This document shows positions 8,940 through 18,976 of a DNA stretch of 64,000 bases, in pieces. Made by a program: the position numbers and the translations under genes. The number at the start of each line of letters is the position of its first letter. Positions within the stretch are counted from its first letter, which is position 1. The notes under the pieces are model-generated. The model worked only from the letters and a program-made list of their open reading frames with translations, made no database searches and was not told the DNA's origin. Source of the stretch: an uncultured archaeon (GTDB taxonomy: Archaea > Aenigmatarchaeota > Aenigmatarchaeia > CG10238-14 > SCSR01); the NCBI GenBank assembly GCA_964366355.1, contig CAYITO010000001.1:2459-66458 (forward strand), written 5' to 3'.

Positions 8940-9806
8940 ATGGTATTTCAAACAATTGCTTTATCAACAGCATTTATCGGTTCTTCTATAGCTGCTCTAT
9001 GGGACTTGAAAACAACAGAAATTCCCGACCAGATACCCCACATCATGGTTATCATAGCGCTGGTTGTTTATGGGGTTCAGTCTTATGCAGAATTTAACTA
9101 TTGGATTCTCCTTACAAGCATCATATCTGGATTGCTGCTTCTAGGCTTCGGTTTTCTCATGTACTTTTCGAGCCAGTGGGGCGGAGGGGATGCTAAGTTA
9201 TTGTCGGCAATCGGTTTTTTATTGCCCACAGCTCCAAGCGGTTTTGCCAATACATTTTTCCCATTCCCAGCAAGTTTTCTCTTCAACCTGTTTTTGGTGG
9301 GTGCGGGTTACATGATTGTTTATGCCTTGATTCTGGCATTGATGAATAAAAAAATTATTGAAAGATTTGCGAGCGACATGAAATCAAGCAGCAAGATTTT
9401 TGTTTTCGGTTCTGCAACACTTTTCGTTGTTTTCACGCTTCTAAGTTTATTGGTTGCAAATGCATTTTCAATTCAGGTCAGTACAAAGTTTCTGTTGGAT
9501 AATTCTGTTTTGCTTTTGGGCGCCACGATTTTTATTTTCATAATTTGGAAATTCGCCAAAGCGGTGGAGGATGTCGGATTCAGGAAGAAAATTCATATCA
9601 GCAAACTTAGAGTCGGCGATGTGCTGTTGGAATCTAAACTTTGGGAAGGGATAACAGTAAAGGAATTGAGGGCTGTTAAAAAATCCGGCAAGAGAGTGGT
9701 CTGGATTAAGGAAGGCGTTAGGTTTGCGCCCGCATTTCCATTGGCTTTAATATTTACTCTATATGTGGGAGAAGGAATTTTCCTATTCTTGAATTTTGTA
9801 CTTTAG
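8940..9806 (+). CDS. A24-family prepilin/prearchaellin peptidase
   Basis: WDLKTTEIPD, GGGDAKL (GxGD aspartate), RFAPAF; multiple TM segments. Confidence 0.9.
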   Translation: MVFQTIALSTAFIGSSIAALWDLKTTEIPDQIPHIMVIIALVVYGVQSYAEFNYWILLTSIISGLLLLGFGFLMYFSSQWGGGDAKLLSAIGFLLPTAPSGFANTFFPFPASFLFNLFLVGAGYMIVYALILALMNKKIIERFASDMKSSSKIFVFGSATLFVVFTLLSLLVANAFSIQVSTKFLLDNSVLLLGATIFIFIIWKFAKAVEDVGFRKKIHISKLRVGDVLLESKLWEGITVKELRAVKKSGKRVVWIKEGVRFAPAFPLALIFTLYVGEGIFLFLNFVL

Positions 9807-10355
9807 CCTTTCGCTATTGACTAGAGTAAAAATTTTCTTCAAGTCTGCATCTGTAAATTCATCTGCGTGCCAGTCAAAAAATTCTTTCAAGTCTTCTTCC
9901 TTATAACCTTCTTCTAAATACTCTAAAGCTTGAATGATCATTTCCAGTCTGTCTAGTTGCCTGACAATTTTCGCCTCAGGAGTTTTCATTTCCTCGAATT
10001 CACTCCATGCGTCAAAATACTTTTCTCTTATAGTTTTTGGCAGTATTGACAGCAATTTATCCAAAGCCTCTTTTTCCTTCGCTTTCCACTTTTCTATACC
10101 CAGTTTCTTTTTGGCCATGGGATCCCAATCGCCTATTATAGCTTCCGGCAAATCGTGCAGCAAACACATCCTGACTATCCGCTCAGTGTTTAGCTTTTTC
10201 ATATCAGCTACAATCAATCCCAGAACAGCAGTCCTAAAAATATGTTCCGCCACACTCTCCGGATTTTCTATTTTGGCCCAAGTGACCCAGCCAGTTCTTT
10301 CTATTTTCTTCAACTTCCCGATTAATTTGGAAAATGCTAAAATCTCTTCAATCAT
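9783..10355 (-). CDS. HD-domain 5'-deoxynucleotidase (YfbR/HDDC2-like)
   Basis: LKKIERTGW, ESVAEH, LLHDLPEAIIGD, LDRLEM. Confidence 0.9.
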   Translation of the reverse strand: MIEEILAFSKLIGKLKKIERTGWVTWAKIENPESVAEHIFRTAVLGLIVADMKKLNTERIVRMCLLHDLPEAIIGDWDPMAKKKLGIEKWKAKEKEALDKLLSILPKTIREKYFDAWSEFEEMKTPEAKIVRQLDRLEMIIQALEYLEEGYKEEDLKEFFDWHADEFTDADLKKIFTLVNSERLKYKIQE

Positions 10356-10421
10356 TCAAACACTTTATAAAAATAATGAAGCAAACCTTTAATACTCCCC
10401 GCCGAATAATTGTAACACGTG

Positions 10422-11747
10422 TTACCCTAAATAAAGTTTTCTATATGTGACCATTTCAGTAGGGATTGAAACATCCAATTTTTTAATACCATTCATATAA
10501 GGCTGCAAAACTTTTGGTATCAATACCGAACCATCCTTCTGCTGGAACTGCTCCAGTATAGCAATCATCGTTCTGCTAGTAGCCAATGCAGTATTGTTCA
10601 AAGTATTTACGAACCCAACAGGAGCCTGCCCTTGCTTCTCCCTGAACCTTATGTTGAGCCTTCTGCCTTGATAGTCTGTGCAATTGCTGTTCGATCCTAT
10701 TTCCCTGAATTTACCGTCAGCCATCCAGACTTCCGTATCATATTTTTTTGCAGCAATATTGCCAATATCACCAGAACAAACATTAACAACACGATAATGC
10801 AATCCCAATGCCTGATACAGTTCCTCTGAATTTTTCTGAAGTTCCTCATGTATTTTCCAAGACTGCTCAGGCAAACAAAACACAAACTGCTCCACTTTGT
10901 TGAACTGATGCATCCTGAACAAACCTTTTGTATACTTTCCATGCGCTCCTATCTCTTTCCTGAAACACGGCGATACACCAGCAACTTTTAGCGGCAAATT
11001 AGTTTTGTCAACAATTTCACCAGCAAGCATCGCGCCCAACGCGTGCTCAGAAGTAGCTATCAAGTACAAATCCTCATTCTCAATCTTGTATGTCACCATT
11101 TCAAAATCAGTCGCATCTATCATTCCCTCGTATGCATTCCTGTTAATCATCAGCGGCGGCTCTACTATCACAAAGCCTCTCTTTCCTAGAAAATCCAATG
11201 CAAATCTTTGTATAGCCAAATCCAACAGCACAGCTTCATTTTTCAAAAATACAAACCCAGTTCCTGCAACCTTAGCAGCCCTTTCGGCATCAACCAAATT
11301 CAAATTCTCCAAAATTTCCATGTGATTCTTAGGTATGAAATCAAATCTGGGCTTCGAACACCATTTTCTTACTTCAATGTTATCGTTTTCATCTTTGCCG
11401 ATTGGAACTGATTCATGCAGAAGATTCGGTATGCTCATCAAGAGTGTTTTTTCTTTGGCTTCAAGATCATTTAGATTCTTCTGTTTTTTTTCTATCAGTG
11501 CATCGACTTTCTTCGCATCAGCCAGCGGCTTTTTTGCCAACTTCCCTTCTTTTTTCAGCTTGGCGATCTCAAGGCTCAATTTGTTTCTTTTCTGCCTTAA
11601 TTCATTTATTTCAGTTTGTGATTTTCTCCATTGACTGTCAACTTTCAACAATTCTCCCAAAAGTTTTAATTTTTCAGGGTCATCCCTTTTCTTGATATTT
11701 TCCTTGATTAAAGAAGGATTTTCTCTTATGAGTTTAATGTCGAGCAT
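10422..11747 (-). CDS. serS: Serine--tRNA ligase
   Basis: MLDIKLIRENP, LIATSE, CFRKE..G, RMHQFNKVEQF, SNCTDYQ. Confidence 0.97.
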   Translation of the reverse strand: MLDIKLIRENPSLIKENIKKRDDPEKLKLLGELLKVDSQWRKSQTEINELRQKRNKLSLEIAKLKKEGKLAKKPLADAKKVDALIEKKQKNLNDLEAKEKTLLMSIPNLLHESVPIGKDENDNIEVRKWCSKPRFDFIPKNHMEILENLNLVDAERAAKVAGTGFVFLKNEAVLLDLAIQRFALDFLGKRGFVIVEPPLMINRNAYEGMIDATDFEMVTYKIENEDLYLIATSEHALGAMLAGEIVDKTNLPLKVAGVSPCFRKEIGAHGKYTKGLFRMHQFNKVEQFVFCLPEQSWKIHEELQKNSEELYQALGLHYRVVNVCSGDIGNIAAKKYDTEVWMADGKFREIGSNSNCTDYQGRRLNIRFREKQGQAPVGFVNTLNNTALATSRTMIAILEQFQQKDGSVLIPKVLQPYMNGIKKLDVSIPTEMVTYRKLYLG

Positions 11748-11781
11748 AACTACATTTAATAAATTGAATTTAAAATAGTAT

Positions 11782-12072
11782 ATGCACAAAGCTCTTTTGT
11801 TGCTGAAGAAAATACCGGAAGGTAAAGTAGTCTCTTATGGTGAATTGGCTAGAGTATGTAAAACTTCTCCGCGAGCTATTGGAAGAGTAATGAAAAGTAA
11901 TTTACATCCAGAAGAATATCCCTGCTACAAGGTGGTTGGTAGTTCTGGTGATTTGGTTGGGTATAGTGGAAAAGGCGGCCTGGCAACTAAAATTAAACTA
12001 CTTGGAAAAGAGGGAATTATTATTCAAAATGGTAAAGTTGAGAAAAAGTATTTCTATAGTTTCAGTGCGTGA
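11782..12072 (+). CDS. ogt: O6-methylguanine-DNA methyltransferase (C-terminal domain only)
   Basis: IPEGKVVSYGELA, PRAIG, PCYKVV (PCHRV variant), LVGYSG. Confidence 0.85.
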   Translation: MHKALLLLKKIPEGKVVSYGELARVCKTSPRAIGRVMKSNLHPEEYPCYKVVGSSGDLVGYSGKGGLATKIKLLGKEGIIIQNGKVEKKYFYSFSA

Positions 12073-12117
12073 TTTCCTGTTTTTTGGTATGACAATATCT
12101 GTGAGGAGCTAAAATTT

Positions 12118-13197
12118 CTATCTTGTTATTTGAGCATTCCTTACAATTTCATAAAGTTTTTTAGCCTTACCTTTTTCAAAATGCTTTCTGACAGGACTTA
12201 GTATCTCGTCAAGCGCTAAAGTTGTTTCTTTTTTTAAGTCGAGAGGATGTAAACTACCTTTTTTGAATATGTTTTCGAGTTCGTCGTATTTTTGGATTTC
12301 CAGATTTCCCCCGAATTTTGGTGGTCGTTTTATTAGTCTCGAATCAAACTTTCTAAGAATTATGTATTTCCAGATTTCAAGTATAGGATTTCCTTCAACA
12401 ATTTTCTCGGGGCAGAATGCTTTATTGATTTTTTCTTCAATTTCTTTTTTGTTGTCATGTATGAATATTGCTGTCTGGGGTTTTGATTTACTCATCTTAT
12501 CCTCCAGTTGAAATGTTGCTGTTTCTTGGCCCATTCTTCCTTCTGTCCCTTGCAAACTGACAAGAAGGTGGTGATGTACACATACTCTTGGTGTTTGTCC
12601 TAGTTTTTGAGACAGTTCTCGTGATAAAAGTGTTGCGTGCCTCTGATCCATTCCAAGTTGTAAAATATCGGCGCCGAAATAAAATGGATCCCATGCTTGC
12701 ATCATTGGATAGAGAAGTTGTGCTGTATATTTCATGTCAGTTTCACTTCTTCCCATTATAGGACTAGCTCTTATTGCTCGTTGGACTGTAACATTTTTTG
12801 CAACATCTATGACACCTTTCCAATATAAATCATCTTTTACAGCATCGCTTGCCCATAATATCTTTACTTTTTTGATATCTACACCACACGCTTTCCAGCC
12901 TTCAATAAAATATTCTCCTACTTTTTTGATAAGTTCTAGATTTCCACTCATCTTGTTATTGATATATCCGAACCAATCGGCAATCCAAAGAATGAAATCA
13001 ACTTTGGCCTCCAGAAAGTCATTTATCTTTATTGCTCTTAGAATTCCGCTACCTAGGTGTAAAGTTCCTGAAGGTTCAAAGCCATCATAAGCCACTGGTT
13101 TTTGTTTTGTCTCCAACAGAGTTCTAAGATCATCTTCTGTAATTATCTCTTCTGTTGGAGGTCTTTTGATTAACTCAAGTTTCGTCTCCAAGTCCAT
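12118..13197 (-). CDS. tyrS: Tyrosine--tRNA ligase (archaeal type)
   Basis: AYDGFEPSG, HLGS, LLYPMMQ, GMDQ, KMSKS, LHPLDLK. Confidence 0.96.
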   Translation of the reverse strand: MDLETKLELIKRPPTEEIITEDDLRTLLETKQKPVAYDGFEPSGTLHLGSGILRAIKINDFLEAKVDFILWIADWFGYINNKMSGNLELIKKVGEYFIEGWKACGVDIKKVKILWASDAVKDDLYWKGVIDVAKNVTVQRAIRASPIMGRSETDMKYTAQLLYPMMQAWDPFYFGADILQLGMDQRHATLLSRELSQKLGQTPRVCVHHHLLVSLQGTEGRMGQETATFQLEDKMSKSKPQTAIFIHDNKKEIEEKINKAFCPEKIVEGNPILEIWKYIILRKFDSRLIKRPPKFGGNLEIQKYDELENIFKKGSLHPLDLKKETTLALDEILSPVRKHFEKGKAKKLYEIVRNAQITR

Positions 13198-13288
13198 ACT
13201 ACAATTACGAAATAGTTCAATTTATCTTTTATTGGCTTCGCTTAGATAATCTTAAATAACTACAAAATATCATAACTGTTGACTGAAG

Positions 13289-14701
13289 ATGCAGACCGCA
13301 GTATTACAAGAGATTGTGCCAAATGGGTTGACCTATGGCATTGATGATAGAAGAACAGTAAGCGAACGTGGAATACCGGTTGAAGTCCGATATAAAACTC
13401 CTTTAGACAAATCATGGAAAGAGGTATGGTATGGCAGAAGAAATCATGGAGGCAATATATTCAACAGAAGTGGTGTATGGCGCCATAGAGAGGCGCTTAA
13501 TTTTCTTGGCATAGACACAGAAAACTATGAAAATTGTGCGGCAAATCTTGTTTCATTAGACGGAGCTGAAGGTGCAAATTCAGGACCATTTCACTTGTCC
13601 AGCTCTGCACAATATGCTGGATTGCCTAGCGACGATGTTGTATTTTTATACGAAGGCAATAACCCTAGCGGTTCATTCAAAGACAGAGGAACTGTAGTTG
13701 CAGCTACCGATGGCAGAAGACATGGCACAGAACGTTACATAGTAGCTTCTACAGGTAATACAGCAGCATCTATGGCAGCGGTGATTGCTAATGAAAAATC
13801 AGGAGGAAGATATTCACAAAATGTAGAGCTTATAGTACTCATACCTCGTGGCAGAGTAGCAGCAGAAAAACTGCTACAAGCCCAAGCATATAGAGCCAAA
13901 ATTATACAAGTAGACGGAGATTTTGATGCTACTTTAGAGTTGTCTCGTAAGTTGAGAGAAGCTGATCCTGCACTGTATCCTGTTAATTCTTACAATCCAT
14001 TCAGAGTAGAAGGACAAAAAACTGAAACTTTTACAATAATCGAACATCTGAGATACCAAGTTCCAGACTGGATAATTACCCCCGGGGGTAATTTAGGCAG
14101 TACAGCTGCTATACATAAAGCACTTCTGGATTTGCGAGATTGGGGATGGATTTCCAAAGTTCCGAGAATCGCTGTTGTAAATGCAGCCAGCGCCAATACA
14201 CTTGAACTACTTTATAACAGAGAAGGTTTGAGGTGGAATAATGGTGATTTTGATGTTCAGTCAATAACAGAATTTTATTCTCAATTAAGAGACGAGCGTG
14301 CTAGTGCTAGACATCCTAGACGGACTCATATGTCAGCCATCGATATACATTATCCCGCAGAAGAAAATATGATTAAAACACTGCGAGCATTGGAAGATAC
14401 GAATGGTGTAGTCACAAGTGTAACTGATATAGAGGCATGGGATGCAAAACGAACAATTGACAGCAATGGTTTGTTTATGGTTGACTTGGCATCTGCCGCG
14501 GCCTTAGCCGGTTTGAAAAAACTTGTTCGAATCGGTGAGGTAGAACATGGTCAAAGTGTAGCGGTTAGATTAACAGGTAGGGACAAAGATCCTGCGTTGA
14601 GCGCAAGATACTATGGAGATGAAAACAAGCAATATTCCAATAGACCCATAGAACTTCCCAATGATTTAGGAGCAGTTAGAAATTTTATCTATAACCAATA
14701 A
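13289..14701 (+). CDS. thrC: Threonine synthase (PLP fold type II)
   Basis: EGNNPSGSFKDRG, ASTGNTAASMA, VNSYNPFRVEGQKT, PGGNLG. Confidence 0.85.
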   Translation: MQTAVLQEIVPNGLTYGIDDRRTVSERGIPVEVRYKTPLDKSWKEVWYGRRNHGGNIFNRSGVWRHREALNFLGIDTENYENCAANLVSLDGAEGANSGPFHLSSSAQYAGLPSDDVVFLYEGNNPSGSFKDRGTVVAATDGRRHGTERYIVASTGNTAASMAAVIANEKSGGRYSQNVELIVLIPRGRVAAEKLLQAQAYRAKIIQVDGDFDATLELSRKLREADPALYPVNSYNPFRVEGQKTETFTIIEHLRYQVPDWIITPGGNLGSTAAIHKALLDLRDWGWISKVPRIAVVNAASANTLELLYNREGLRWNNGDFDVQSITEFYSQLRDERASARHPRRTHMSAIDIHYPAEENMIKTLRALEDTNGVVTSVTDIEAWDAKRTIDSNGLFMVDLASAAALAGLKKLVRIGEVEHGQSVAVRLTGRDKDPALSARYYGDENKQYSNRPIELPNDLGAVRNFIYNQ

Positions 14702-14746
14702 GAAATTGTTAACTATTTACTATTGCTTCACAAATTATTTTGACAT

Positions 14747-16015
14747 ATGCAATTGAATTTTCTCGGGGCTATGAATTCTGTCACGCCTTCCGGAATTCTG
14801 GTTGACACCGGCAAAGCACGGTTCGTCCTTGACTACGGCGCTGACGTGGAGCATATGCCGCCAAAGCCCCCGATGGCTGTTGATAAAGTCGATTACATTC
14901 TGCTGTCGCACGGACATCTCGATCACTGCGGCTCGCTGCCGATTCTGGTGAAGAAAAACAGCTGCCCAATAATCTCAAATTCCTGCACAAAAGAGCTCAC
15001 GGAACTGCTACTCTTGGATTCTGTGAAGATAAACATGTTCGAAGCAGGCGATATAGAAGAGGCCAAACTCCCCTTCGATAAAACTGATGTCAAGCTTACA
15101 ATAAAGAAATTCGTTGACCTTAAGTACAGAAAACCTTTGTCTTTCAAGAACACAGAAATTGCCTTTTATGACGCTGGGCACATCCCTGGCAGTGCTATGA
15201 TACTCATGAAAACCAAGGGCAAGAACTTGCTGTACAATGGCAATTTCAACACAGCCGACACCCGCCTATTGGCAGGATGCGATCAAGACCTTCCAAAAAT
15301 CGATTATCTGATAACCGAATCAACCTATTCGCAGCGCGACCATCCGGATAGAAAATCGCAGGAAAAGGGGTTGGTGCAATTAGTCAACGAGACTATATCG
15401 AATGACAGCGTTGCTTTGATTTCCACCTTTGCAATCGGCAGGGCTCAGGAGATATTGCAAGTGTTGAATTCGTATGGGATAGATTATCCGCTGTATTTGG
15501 ATGGAATGGCAAGGAAATCCACCACTATTATCAACAGATACAAAAATCTGCTAAGAGAGCCTAATAGTTTGGATGATGTGCTGGAAAAAGTTACTTTTGT
15601 TGGTGGGGATAGGATGAGGGACAAGATTGTAAAACAGCCTTGCGCCATAGTTACTACGTCAGGCATGTTGGCAGGAGGGGCGATAATTCCTTACATACAG
15701 AAACTGCATAAGGACAGAAATTCGAGTCTGATTCTCACGGGATTCCAAGTGCCAAACACCCCTGGACACAAGCTTCTGCAGACTGGTAGGTTCATTCATG
15801 AAGAGATAGATGTGGAGGTTGAGATGTTTATCAAGAGATTTGACTTTAGTGCACATGGTGGCAGGAAGGAATTGTTAGGGTTTGTTAAAGATGTCAACCC
15901 AGAGAAGGTTTTTTGTGTGCATGGCGATGATACAATAGGTTTTGCAAAGGAATTAGATGAAAAGGGTTTTGATGCAATAGCACCAACCGTTGGCAACAGA
16001 ATTTTTGAGTTATAG
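14747..16015 (+). CDS. beta-CASP MBL-fold ribonuclease (aCPSF2-like)
   Basis: SHGHLDHCG, AGHIPGS, ITESTY, GRAQE, TSGML, FSAH, VHGD. Confidence 0.9.
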   Translation: MQLNFLGAMNSVTPSGILVDTGKARFVLDYGADVEHMPPKPPMAVDKVDYILLSHGHLDHCGSLPILVKKNSCPIISNSCTKELTELLLLDSVKINMFEAGDIEEAKLPFDKTDVKLTIKKFVDLKYRKPLSFKNTEIAFYDAGHIPGSAMILMKTKGKNLLYNGNFNTADTRLLAGCDQDLPKIDYLITESTYSQRDHPDRKSQEKGLVQLVNETISNDSVALISTFAIGRAQEILQVLNSYGIDYPLYLDGMARKSTTIINRYKNLLREPNSLDDVLEKVTFVGGDRMRDKIVKQPCAIVTTSGMLAGGAIIPYIQKLHKDRNSSLILTGFQVPNTPGHKLLQTGRFIHEEIDVEVEMFIKRFDFSAHGGRKELLGFVKDVNPEKVFCVHGDDTIGFAKELDEKGFDAIAPTVGNRIFEL

Positions 16016-16020
16016 ATAAT

Positions 16021-16434
16021 TTATACCATGTCAGCACGTAAATGTGAAATCGCGATTATAGTATCCACATCAATGATGTAATTGGTTTCTAACGCTTCGA
16101 AAGCTTTTTTCAGGGTTATTGAATACTCCATAGCAATTTTCCAAGCCTTATTTCCTAAAGCCGGCGTATATTCGGTGGGGTGGGTCTGTTCAATTTCATT
16201 CAAGATGCCATCTATCATTAGTGGCGGTTCTAAGCCTAAAATCCTTGCTTGACCGCAAACGTAGCGCAATCTTTGCTCATTTATTCCCCTTTTAATCGGA
16301 TCGGTAAGATAGCCATAAACAGCATCACATGCTGCTTGCATTAGAGCACTATCTGCCGAAGTTCTTACAAGTCTTCTCAATCTACGTTTCGCGTATGCTT
16401 GAAAATCGAATGGGTAGTTGTTTGTCATAAACAC
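16021..16434 (-). CDS. Hypothetical protein (orphan)
   Basis: 137-aa ORF; no motif. Confidence 0.55.
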   Translation of the reverse strand: MFMTNNYPFDFQAYAKRRLRRLVRTSADSALMQAACDAVYGYLTDPIKRGINEQRLRYVCGQARILGLEPPLMIDGILNEIEQTHPTEYTPALGNKAWKIAMEYSITLKKAFEALETNYIIDVDTIIAISHLRADMV

Positions 16435-16548
16435 TTCTCTTTTATTATGTATATTCTACCAAAAGATTTTTATTAATACGCTAATATAAGCATTTCGCTA
16501 CTGAAGAATAGTAATCTATATATACTTACCACTACCATACAGTGACAT

Positions 16549-16815
16549 ATGCCAATACAGAACCAGATAGCTCTGTGCTCAGAGCATTACGGGAGATGGA
16601 AGAATGCGGCCTTGAATACAGACGGTATACAGGCTAAAAGGGCTATGGAAAGGGCGTTCTTCTGGCTAGAGCTGCAAACAGCATTTATTGCATTGCATGC
16701 TTTGGAGCAATCTAGAAATGATGCAAAGACAAAAAGAAAGCTAATTATTGCTAAAACTAATCTATCAAAGAAATTGGCTGAATATGCGAATGAAACATTA
16801 AAAGAATTGTATTAA
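16549..16815 (+). CDS. Hypothetical helical protein
   Basis: 88-aa ORF with an upstream TATA-like TATATA. Confidence 0.6.
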   Translation: MPIQNQIALCSEHYGRWKNAALNTDGIQAKRAMERAFFWLELQTAFIALHALEQSRNDAKTKRKLIIAKTNLSKKLAEYANETLKELY

Positions 16816-16841
16816 AAACACGTCTATAAATTGGTTATAAT

Positions 16842-17379
16842 ATGCGCGACTGAGCTGGATATTGGAGAGAACGAATCTCTAAATGGGATGTTTCTGAAGA
16901 GGACAGAAGATATCTAGAAGGTGTTTATGTTGTTTCCAGAGAGGCGATTATTTCGGACATCGTTTCCTATGCTATAAATAAACCAGAAATATTTATGGAT
17001 CTTCAATTTCGTACTATGTCTATAGACGGTGTTATTAGCGATACGCCTGATAAGTTAAGACCTTACACAAGACAATTGTTTGATGCATATCAAGATTTTT
17101 ATAGATGATTTACAAGAAGTTTCGGGAGGTTCTGTTCGTTATCTGATGGCATTACTCAATTTTGATTGGATTTGCGCAAATAGACAATGGATACCGGCTT
17201 TAAGGGAAAGATTAGACAACATTTATGCAACCACACAAAAATCTTCAGATAACCCTAGCCTTTTAGGTCATTATAGGGAAATATACAGAACTTATTCTTC
17301 GAGAAACCCTAAAGAAGCCTTGCGAGCAACATATTATGCAAATAAGGCATTTTTTGATCAAATTCGTGCCAAAACATAA
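16842..17379 (+). pseudogene. Degraded orphan gene (early TGA and a frameshift at the T5 run 17096-17100)
   Basis: ATG CGC GAC TGA, then an 84-codon open frame to ...YQDFYR*. Removing one T joins it to ORF 17080-17379 (IDDLQEV...). Confidence 0.45.
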
Positions 17380-17472
17380 AAAGCGATTGTTGAGCAGCTT
17401 TATTCTTTATCAAAATGATATTGAAAGAATTATTGAAACTAATTAATCTTGAAAGCCAATATTACTAATTAT

Positions 17473-18690
17473 ATGCCTAAGAAAAAAGTCATTTTCCTGT
17501 TTCTAGACGGTCTGCCTGATATGCCCAAAGACGACAAGACACCGCTGACAGAGGCTGAAAAGCCGAACATAGACTGGTTTGCCAAGAACGGCGTGACGGG
17601 TGAAATGATACTTTTGGACAAGAGCTACTGGACTGAATTAAGCCGCACAAGCGTCTCCCATACAGCCAACATCAGCCTTCTAGGATATACTCCCAACAGA
17701 TTTCCGGTCAAGAGGGGCGTTCTGGAAGCATTGGGGGCTGACATACAGTACAAAGAAGGCTACCTAGCATTAAGGTGCAACTTCGCAACCGTGGACAAGG
17801 ACCTGCGGGTGGTTGACAGGCATGTTGGCAGGAATGTAACAGGACTGCCAGAGCTAACAAGATACATAAACGAGAATGTCAACATAGGCGTCCCATTTAT
17901 TTTCAAGCGCACGTATGAGCACAGGGCTGCTTTGATGATAAAGATGAGCTTGAACGATGAGATAACGAGCAACGATCCTATGAAAGAGGGGGAGAAGGTA
18001 AAGAAAATATCCGCAACCAAACCAGAAGCTTTTGTTTCGGCCAAGATAGTACAGGATTTCATCGACAAGGTTCACGGCCTAATAGAATATCACACTGTCA
18101 ACGAAGAACGAACAAGAAAGAAGATTCCCGCAGCAAACTACATTCTTGTAAGAGAGGCCGGCAACAAACTTTTGGATCTATTGCCCCATTTCACAGAGAA
18201 ACATAAAATCAAGAAAGCCGTGTCAATCTCCGAGTCAGGCTCGATAAAGGCCACATGCCTTTTGGCAGGATTCGATTCCATAACAGTCCCGGAGATAATC
18301 GACGATGGCAGAATAAACTACCGCAAGACCATGGATTTTGTTTTCAACAACATTGAATATGCATTGCCAGATTACGATTTTGTTTTTGCCCATATCAAGG
18401 AGACAGATGTTGCAGCCCATGACAAGGATTTCCAAAGGAGGGTTGATACGATAGAGGCAATGGATGCCAAACTTGAAGCTTTCAGGGATTCCAACAACAT
18501 CTTGGTTATAACTTCCGACCACATAACTTCAACTGAAACAGGCAAGCATGAATACGGACCAGTGCCTGTTCTTGCGTATGGGAAAGGTAAGGATAAGGTA
18601 AAGAAATTTGATGAGATATCTGTGAAGAAAGGGAAATTGAAGAAATATACTGGAACTAAGTTAATGAAGTTTATTTTTAAAAAGAAATGA
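17473..18690 (+). CDS. apgM: Cofactor-independent phosphoglycerate mutase (archaeal ApgM)
   Basis: FLDGLPD, TPL..A.KPN, RCNFAT, ETDVAAH, TSDH, HEYGPVP. Confidence 0.9.
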   Translation: MPKKKVIFLFLDGLPDMPKDDKTPLTEAEKPNIDWFAKNGVTGEMILLDKSYWTELSRTSVSHTANISLLGYTPNRFPVKRGVLEALGADIQYKEGYLALRCNFATVDKDLRVVDRHVGRNVTGLPELTRYINENVNIGVPFIFKRTYEHRAALMIKMSLNDEITSNDPMKEGEKVKKISATKPEAFVSAKIVQDFIDKVHGLIEYHTVNEERTRKKIPAANYILVREAGNKLLDLLPHFTEKHKIKKAVSISESGSIKATCLLAGFDSITVPEIIDDGRINYRKTMDFVFNNIEYALPDYDFVFAHIKETDVAAHDKDFQRRVDTIEAMDAKLEAFRDSNNILVITSDHITSTETGKHEYGPVPVLAYGKGKDKVKKFDEISVKKGKLKKYTGTKLMKFIFKKK

Positions 18691-18700
18691 AATTAATATT

Positions 18701-18925
18701 GTGGATAGATATCTTCATCCGCGAAACATGTTAGTACAAGTACGTAGAGTCATAGAAGGAATAGAATCAATTGTAGCTTTCTTAGAAGATGGCTATACAA
18801 TCAATGGTTATCGTGTTGAATCATTACCACGAAATCGAGCTAAAAAACTGCAAGGAGACTTTCAAAGATTGTCTGAAACACTACACGGAATTAAAGATTT
18901 GTTAGAAAACTACAATCATGAATAA
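18701..18925 (+). CDS. Hypothetical protein (orphan)
   Basis: 74-aa AT-rich ORF between apgM and eno. Confidence 0.45.
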   Translation: MDRYLHPRNMLVQVRRVIEGIESIVAFLEDGYTINGYRVESLPRNRAKKLQGDFQRLSETLHGIKDLLENYNHE

Positions 18926-18976
18926 AAAAATTAATAAACATAGCCTTTAATTATCCAAATACGAAAATGATTTTCA

